This document shows, one piece after another, positions 59,062 through 64,000 of a stretch of DNA of 64,000 nt; position 1 is the stretch's first letter; every line of letters starts with the position of its first letter. This stretch comes from Candidatus Eiseniibacteriota bacterium (GTDB taxonomy: Bacteria; Eisenbacteria; RBG-16-71-46; CAVPCR01), in the NCBI GenBank assembly GCA_963823555.1, contig CAWGMA010000001.1, positions 64,001 through 128,000 on the forward strand, written 5' to 3'. A program made the position numbers and the translations under genes. The notes under the pieces were generated by a model. The model was not told the DNA's origin, did no database searches, and saw only the letters and a list, made by a program, of their open reading frames with translations.

Positions 59062-60849
59062 TCAGGGTGTCAGCACGATCCGACCATGCGCCTCGGCCTC
59101 GGGGGTGACGAGGCGGTAGAAGTAGACCCCGGCCGGCACCCGCCCCCCGCTCGTCCCGCGTCCGTCCCAGATCACCGCATGAGTACCGGCACGCTGGGGC
59201 CCCAGGTCCAGACGGCGGACGACGCGTCCGCTGGCATCCACGATCGTCAATCGCAGCGGAGCCTCGTGATCCAGGGTGAGCGCGAGGTGCAGGGGGGCGG
59301 GGCCGGGGGAGGCCAGGGGCACGACCTGGATCCCGGCGGACGGCGCCGATGAGCCGGCGGGAAGGCTGGCCACGGGTGGGTCATCGGTCTCGCGGATCCA
59401 GTCGACGTTCACGTGTCCCGTGGTGGCCAGATCGGCGATCTCGAGCAGGACCGCGGCTCCGCGGAGTCCGCGCAGATCCCAGACCGCTTGCCGCAAGATG
59501 TCCCCGCTGTACCCGGTGGCTCGCCTTAGCTCCAGACCATCGGTCCGCACGAGGCGCATGTAGAGACTATCCGCGTTGCTCCCGCCCCCGATCTGGAACG
59601 CGAGGTAGTCGGCTTCCACGATGAACGGGCGCGAGCGGAGAACTCCGGTCCTGGACTCGTCGGGCGGGCACTCGGGACAGCCGTAGCCGATAGGGCCCGC
59701 ATGATCCTCCGCGGTTGCGATCCAGAAGAAACCTTCGATGCCTGAAGGGGGACCACCGCGCTCTGCGGGCCGGTCGCCGAAGGTGGGCTGCATGTCGAAG
59801 GCGTCACCCCAGACGATCGTCCAGTCCTCGAACATCCGGTTCTCAGGGCCGATGATCGGGGTTGCGCCTTGCCAGAGCAGCGGATCGACCTTGATCCCGA
59901 GGATGGGGAGTCCATTCCACACACCATCGCGTACGCGCGCGAACAGCCACTGGTTGTTGCGCATGAAGACCTCGGCGGCGAATCCTTCGTATTCTAGGAG
60001 CTGGGCCGTCGACTTGTCCCAGTTGGAGAACTGCTGGCTCGATGTCATGTAGTGCACGCCGGGGATGCCCTGCTCGTTGTAGAAGAGGTAGTGGATGCCG
60101 TTCCGCTCGGTCATGTACGTCGACTCCAGAACGCGATAGGAATCGTTGATGAAGAGCGGCTGTCCGGCGTCTTGCCATGCGCTCGGGTTGAAGCCCGGGG
60201 CAAAGGCCAGCGAGACGGCCCCCCGACTGTCCGGCATGCCCAGGTACCCGGGCTTGGTCGAGGCGGTGGTCAGCATCGCAAACTGGAAGCCCTGGGTGAG
60301 GCGGGCGACGAAGGGATCCCGGCAGTTCGACCATTGCCCAGGCTGCCACAGCGCCCAGGTGGTGTCCGGGTGGTAGATCGGGTTGTCCGGGTAGTCCTCC
60401 CAGGTGAAGAGATCCGGCGAAACAGAGATGCCGATCTGTTGCACGATGGAAGAGTCGACCCCGGTGAAGAAGATGAGATGATCGCCCGTGAAGCTGCTCA
60501 TGATGTGAGGGGCCCACACATTGCGTTCTTTCCAGCCGGGCGCCGCGGTCGAAAGCAGCCGCGGATGGACGGTCCAGTGCACGAGGTCGGAGGAGGAAGC
60601 ATGGCCGAAATCGATCATGTTTCCGGGCTGTCCCCATCCCTGGCCCTGGATACCGACGGTATAGATCAGGTGGTAGTCGCCGTCGGTGACGAGGATGGCA
60701 TGGTCGGCGGCGATGAGCCCGGGCTCCATGAAATAGCGCTGCTCGAAATCGAACTCGGTGAGGGCGGAGGCACTGGCGGGGAGGAGCATGAGCAGGGCCA
60801 GGGCGGTGGTGGGGAGAAGGGGACGGATGTGCTGATCGCGGGTCTGCAT
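59062..60849 (-). CDS. Secreted five-bladed beta-propeller glycoside hydrolase (GH32/clan GH-J-like) with CBM-like domain and FlgD-Ig CTD
   Basis: Signal peptide; ADH, GHASSSDLVHW, WAPH, RDPF, LES; TGVLRSRPF...IGGG...GHVNVD accessory domain; WDGR...AGVYF. Confidence 0.8.
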   Translation of the reverse strand: MQTRDQHIRPLLPTTALALLMLLPASASALTEFDFEQRYFMEPGLIAADHAILVTDGDYHLIYTVGIQGQGWGQPGNMIDFGHASSSDLVHWTVHPRLLSTAAPGWKERNVWAPHIMSSFTGDHLIFFTGVDSSIVQQIGISVSPDLFTWEDYPDNPIYHPDTTWALWQPGQWSNCRDPFVARLTQGFQFAMLTTASTKPGYLGMPDSRGAVSLAFAPGFNPSAWQDAGQPLFINDSYRVLESTYMTERNGIHYLFYNEQGIPGVHYMTSSQQFSNWDKSTAQLLEYEGFAAEVFMRNNQWLFARVRDGVWNGLPILGIKVDPLLWQGATPIIGPENRMFEDWTIVWGDAFDMQPTFGDRPAERGGPPSGIEGFFWIATAEDHAGPIGYGCPECPPDESRTGVLRSRPFIVEADYLAFQIGGGSNADSLYMRLVRTDGLELRRATGYSGDILRQAVWDLRGLRGAAVLLEIADLATTGHVNVDWIRETDDPPVASLPAGSSAPSAGIQVVPLASPGPAPLHLALTLDHEAPLRLTIVDASGRVVRRLDLGPQRAGTHAVIWDGRGTSGGRVPAGVYFYRLVTPEAEAHGRIVLTP

Positions 60850-60980
60850 GCTGGGGATTCCTGCCTCAAAGGCTCGTCGATGCGGCGGCGGACGACAACA
60901 CCTAGTATGATTGTCGCTCATTGGCTGAAGACGAGCAAGGGACGGAGTTCCACCCTTTCGCAGGGGAGAGAGAGCCGAGA

Positions 60981-63078
60981 ATGCTCGACACACCGAACAG
61001 GAACGCAGCAGGCACGGAGGTCGGTGCCGGCCGTGCGTTCACATTCACCGATCTGATCGGCCTCGCGCGCATTGGTGATGTCGTCACAGTCCCTGGAAGC
61101 GATCGCCTCATCTTTGAAGTGGCCCGCCATCGACTGGACCGTAACCAGGTCGTGAAGGAACTGTGGATGGTGCCGGCGAGCGGCGCCGGGGGGGCGCGAC
61201 CGCTGGTTCGCGGGCCGCAAAGCAACGGCTCGCCACGCCTCTCTCCGGACGCGAGCGTGCTGGCCTTTGTCTCCGATCGCTCGGGATCACCCCAGATCTG
61301 GCTCCTGCCCATGGCCGGCGGCGAGGCGGTCCAGCTCACCGATCTACCGTTCAAGGTGGGTGGCCCGCGCTTCACGCCGGATGGCAAGACGCTGGTCGTG
61401 GCCGCCACCGTGGATCCAGGAGCACCACTGGACGGCCGCGCCCGATCGGTTGACCCGGCCGGACGGCGAGCCCACGGGGCCACGCCCGCGGCTCGAGCGT
61501 GGGCTGCTCTTCCGCCACTGGGATTCCTGGCGCGACGGAAGGCGGAACCACCTGCTGGCCGTAGGCCTCGCCAGCGCTCACGTGCGCGATCTGACGCCCG
61601 GGGACCGCGACGTGCCGCCGGTTGCCCTCGGCGGCGCCTGCGACTATGACATCGCTCCGGGCGGGGACGAGATCGCCTTTGCGCGCAACGACGATCCTGA
61701 GGTCGCGCTCAGCACATCGAATGGCATCGTGATCGCGGCTCTGGACGGGCAGGGTGCTGAGCGCCGCTTGACCGCGAACCGCGGTTGCGAGGCCAACCCC
61801 CGCTACTCGCCCGACGGCCGCTGGGTCGCCTTTCTCGCCATGTCTCGCGCCGGTTACGAGTCCGATCGGCGCGAGCTCACGGTGATCGAGCGCTCCGGGG
61901 GTGCGGCCCGTTCGCTGACCGCGGACCTCGATCGATCGATAGGCGACTTCGCCTGGGCGCAGGACTCCCGGACACTCTTCTTCCATTCCGAGGAACGAGG
62001 GCGAAAATCGATCTGGCGGGTGTCGGTTGCTGGTGGCGAGCCGGAGCGACTCACGAGCGGCGCCTACGACGAGCTCAAGGCCCTGGGTCACGACAGCCGC
62101 ACCATCGTCTTCACCCGTCAGGACGCGACCCGGCCCGCGGAGCTCCATCGCCTTGACCTGGAGGGCGGGGCCGTGACCCGCCTCACCGGGCTCAATGACG
62201 GTCGCCTCGAGGGGATCGCCCTCGCTCCGGCCGAGGACTTCGAGTTCACGGCGGAGGATGGGGCGGTCGTCCATGGATTTATGGTCTTCCCGCCGGATTT
62301 CGCTCCGGAGCGCCGTTATCCGCTGGTCGTCTTGATCCATGGCGGACCCCACTCGGCGTTCTGCGATCAGTTCCACTACCGGTGGAACCCGCAGCTCCTG
62401 GCCGCTCCCGGCTACGTCGTCGCCATGTTGAACCCGCGCGGGTCGAGCGGTTACGGCCAGGCATTCTCCGACCAGATTCGCAATGACTGGGGTGGGCGTT
62501 GCTACACGGATCTCATGCGAGGTGTCGACTACCTGCTCGACACCTGCAGCTTCATCGATCGCGATCGCGTGGCGGCCGCAGGAGCTTCGTTCGGGGGCTA
62601 CATGGTGAACTGGATTGCAGGACACACCGATCGTTTTCGGGCCCTCGTGTGCCACGCCGGCATCTTCAACCTCGAGAGCATGTACTATGCCACCGAGGAG
62701 CTGTGGTTCCCGCACTGGGAGTTCGCAGGGAGCCCCGCCGAGAAGCCCGAGGCCTATGCTCGCTGGTCACCCGACCGCTTCGTCGAGAACTTCCGGACCC
62801 CGACCCTCGTCATCCACGGCGAGCAGGACTTCCGCTGCCCTGTCGTCGGCGGGATCGCCATGTTCACCGCACTCAGGACCCGGGGCGTGCCGGCCGAGCT
62901 CCTCTATTTTCCGGATGAGGGGCACTGGATCGAGAAGCCGCAGAACGCAGCGACCTGGTACGCGACGATTCACGCCTGGCTCGAGCGCTGGCTTGGACCA
63001 GGCCCCGCCACTGATCGCGAGCGGGCTCAGCCCTGGTCGACACTGGCCTCGCCGACATCGCCCTCGGGAAGAAGGTAG
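60981..63078 (+). CDS. S9-family dipeptidyl/acylaminoacyl peptidase with one frameshift near 61420-61490
   Basis: N-terminal propeller (SPD...AFVSDRSG) in one frame; FRHWD, IHGGP, GASFGG, DFRC, DEGH in the next frame. Confidence 0.88.
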
Positions 63079-63998
63079 ACGACCTCGGCGGGTGCGAGCC
63101 GGAGGCGCGGCCAGCCATCTTCCGCTGGGGCTCCATCGACGCACACGCGCAGCGCCAGCGTGCGCGGCAGGTGATCGAGGGAGACATCCTGGGATGAATG
63201 CCTGTCTTTGTTGACGGCTAGCCACGCCCGCGCGCTCCCGGCCTGTTTCTCGAGGAGGAGCGTCGGCTGGTCGAGATCGCTGATTGCGGTAACGGTCTCG
63301 CCGGCCAGTGCCGGATGGATCGCCTTGGCGGCGTTCACCTGCATGATGAACGCACGGAGGTCGCAAGCCGGTTTCTCCCAGTCGGTCGCCCTGGTCGTGA
63401 CCACGTCGAGCTTCCGGCGGGCTCCGAACTCGTAGCCGATCGGCATCATGACCGCGCTCGAGAAGGCAGCGGCGAAGGCGTAGCGCTGGCGCTGGGCGGC
63501 GATCGAGCTGCCGGTCTCGGCCATCAGGCGCGGGGTGTCGTGCGATTCAGGGAAGCTGACGGAGGGGGCGATCGCCGAGTGGGCCTGTTGCTGCTCCAGG
63601 CACCACGGGGCGCTGAAATCCCACCACTTCGCGCTGGAGAAGAGAAAGTCCAGGCCAGCGGGCCGAAGCGCCGTGATCTCCTCGAGGCGGGCACCGAGCG
63701 TTTCAGCGAAGAAGGTGGCCCCGGGACGCACGGTCCGGGCGCGGGCGATGAGCCTGGACCACAGATCGGCAGGGACCTTGTAGGCGGCATCGGCGCGAAA
63801 CCCCTCGAAGCCCAGCTCGGCGTAGAACTCGACGAGATCCTCCCAGTGCCGCCAGAGTCGATCGCGATCGGGCGAGTGATCGTTGTCGACCTCGGCGAGA
63901 TCCCCCCACACCGTCACGCGCCGGGCATCGGCAGGGTCGATGGCCCGCGGACTCTCGACCTCTCCCGCGGCGTCACGCCGGTACCACTCGCGGTGCTC
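63027..63998 (-). CDS. GH13 alpha-amylase-family glycosidase (5' partial)
   Basis: WGDLAE, GFRADAAY (nucleophile), FFAE (acid/base), ESHD; frame open to the right edge. Confidence 0.88.
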   Translation of the reverse strand, partial: EHREWYRRDAAGEVESPRAIDPADARRVTVWGDLAEVDNDHSPDRDRLWRHWEDLVEFYAELGFEGFRADAAYKVPADLWSRLIARARTVRPGATFFAETLGARLEEITALRPAGLDFLFSSAKWWDFSAPWCLEQQQAHSAIAPSVSFPESHDTPRLMAETGSSIAAQRQRYAFAAAFSSAVMMPIGYEFGARRKLDVVTTRATDWEKPACDLRAFIMQVNAAKAIHPALAGETVTAISDLDQPTLLLEKQAGSARAWLAVNKDRHSSQDVSLDHLPRTLALRVCVDGAPAEDGWPRLRLAPAEVVYLLPEGDVGEASVDQG

Positions 63999-64000
63999 GC

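Overview
High-GC bacterial chromosomal segment with about 42 protein genes. I saw no rRNA, tRNA, CRISPR array, integrase or transposase. Seven secreted enzymes end in the same FlgD-Ig/T9SS-type C-terminal domain, which suggests an FCB-group candidate lineage such as Eisenbacteria or Krumholzibacteriota (inference). Housekeeping genes: thrC, citrate synthase, pyk, gltX, a heavily frameshifted glnS, cyaY, deoC, and RND and MacAB-type efflux genes. Most interesting signals: (1) a ~560-nt hairpin-dense stretch with no credible ORF (about 38985-39548), preceded by a sigma54 -24/-12 element, a candidate novel ncRNA; (2) a bipartite motif YTCAAC-N15/16-GGTGTC found three times, upstream of an ECF sigma operon, a divergent Spy/CpxP lipoprotein-diadenylate cyclase-deoC-ALDH-phosphodiesterase run, and a MacAB-like operon 10 kb away, i.e. 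a predicted ECF regulon; (3) a secreted PHP-family metallohydrolase with circularly permuted metal motifs; (4) a hemerythrin/FNR-like regulator/multicopper oxidase module with a perfect FNR box. All calls were made by eye from motifs; no database searches were run, and several start codons are best guesses.
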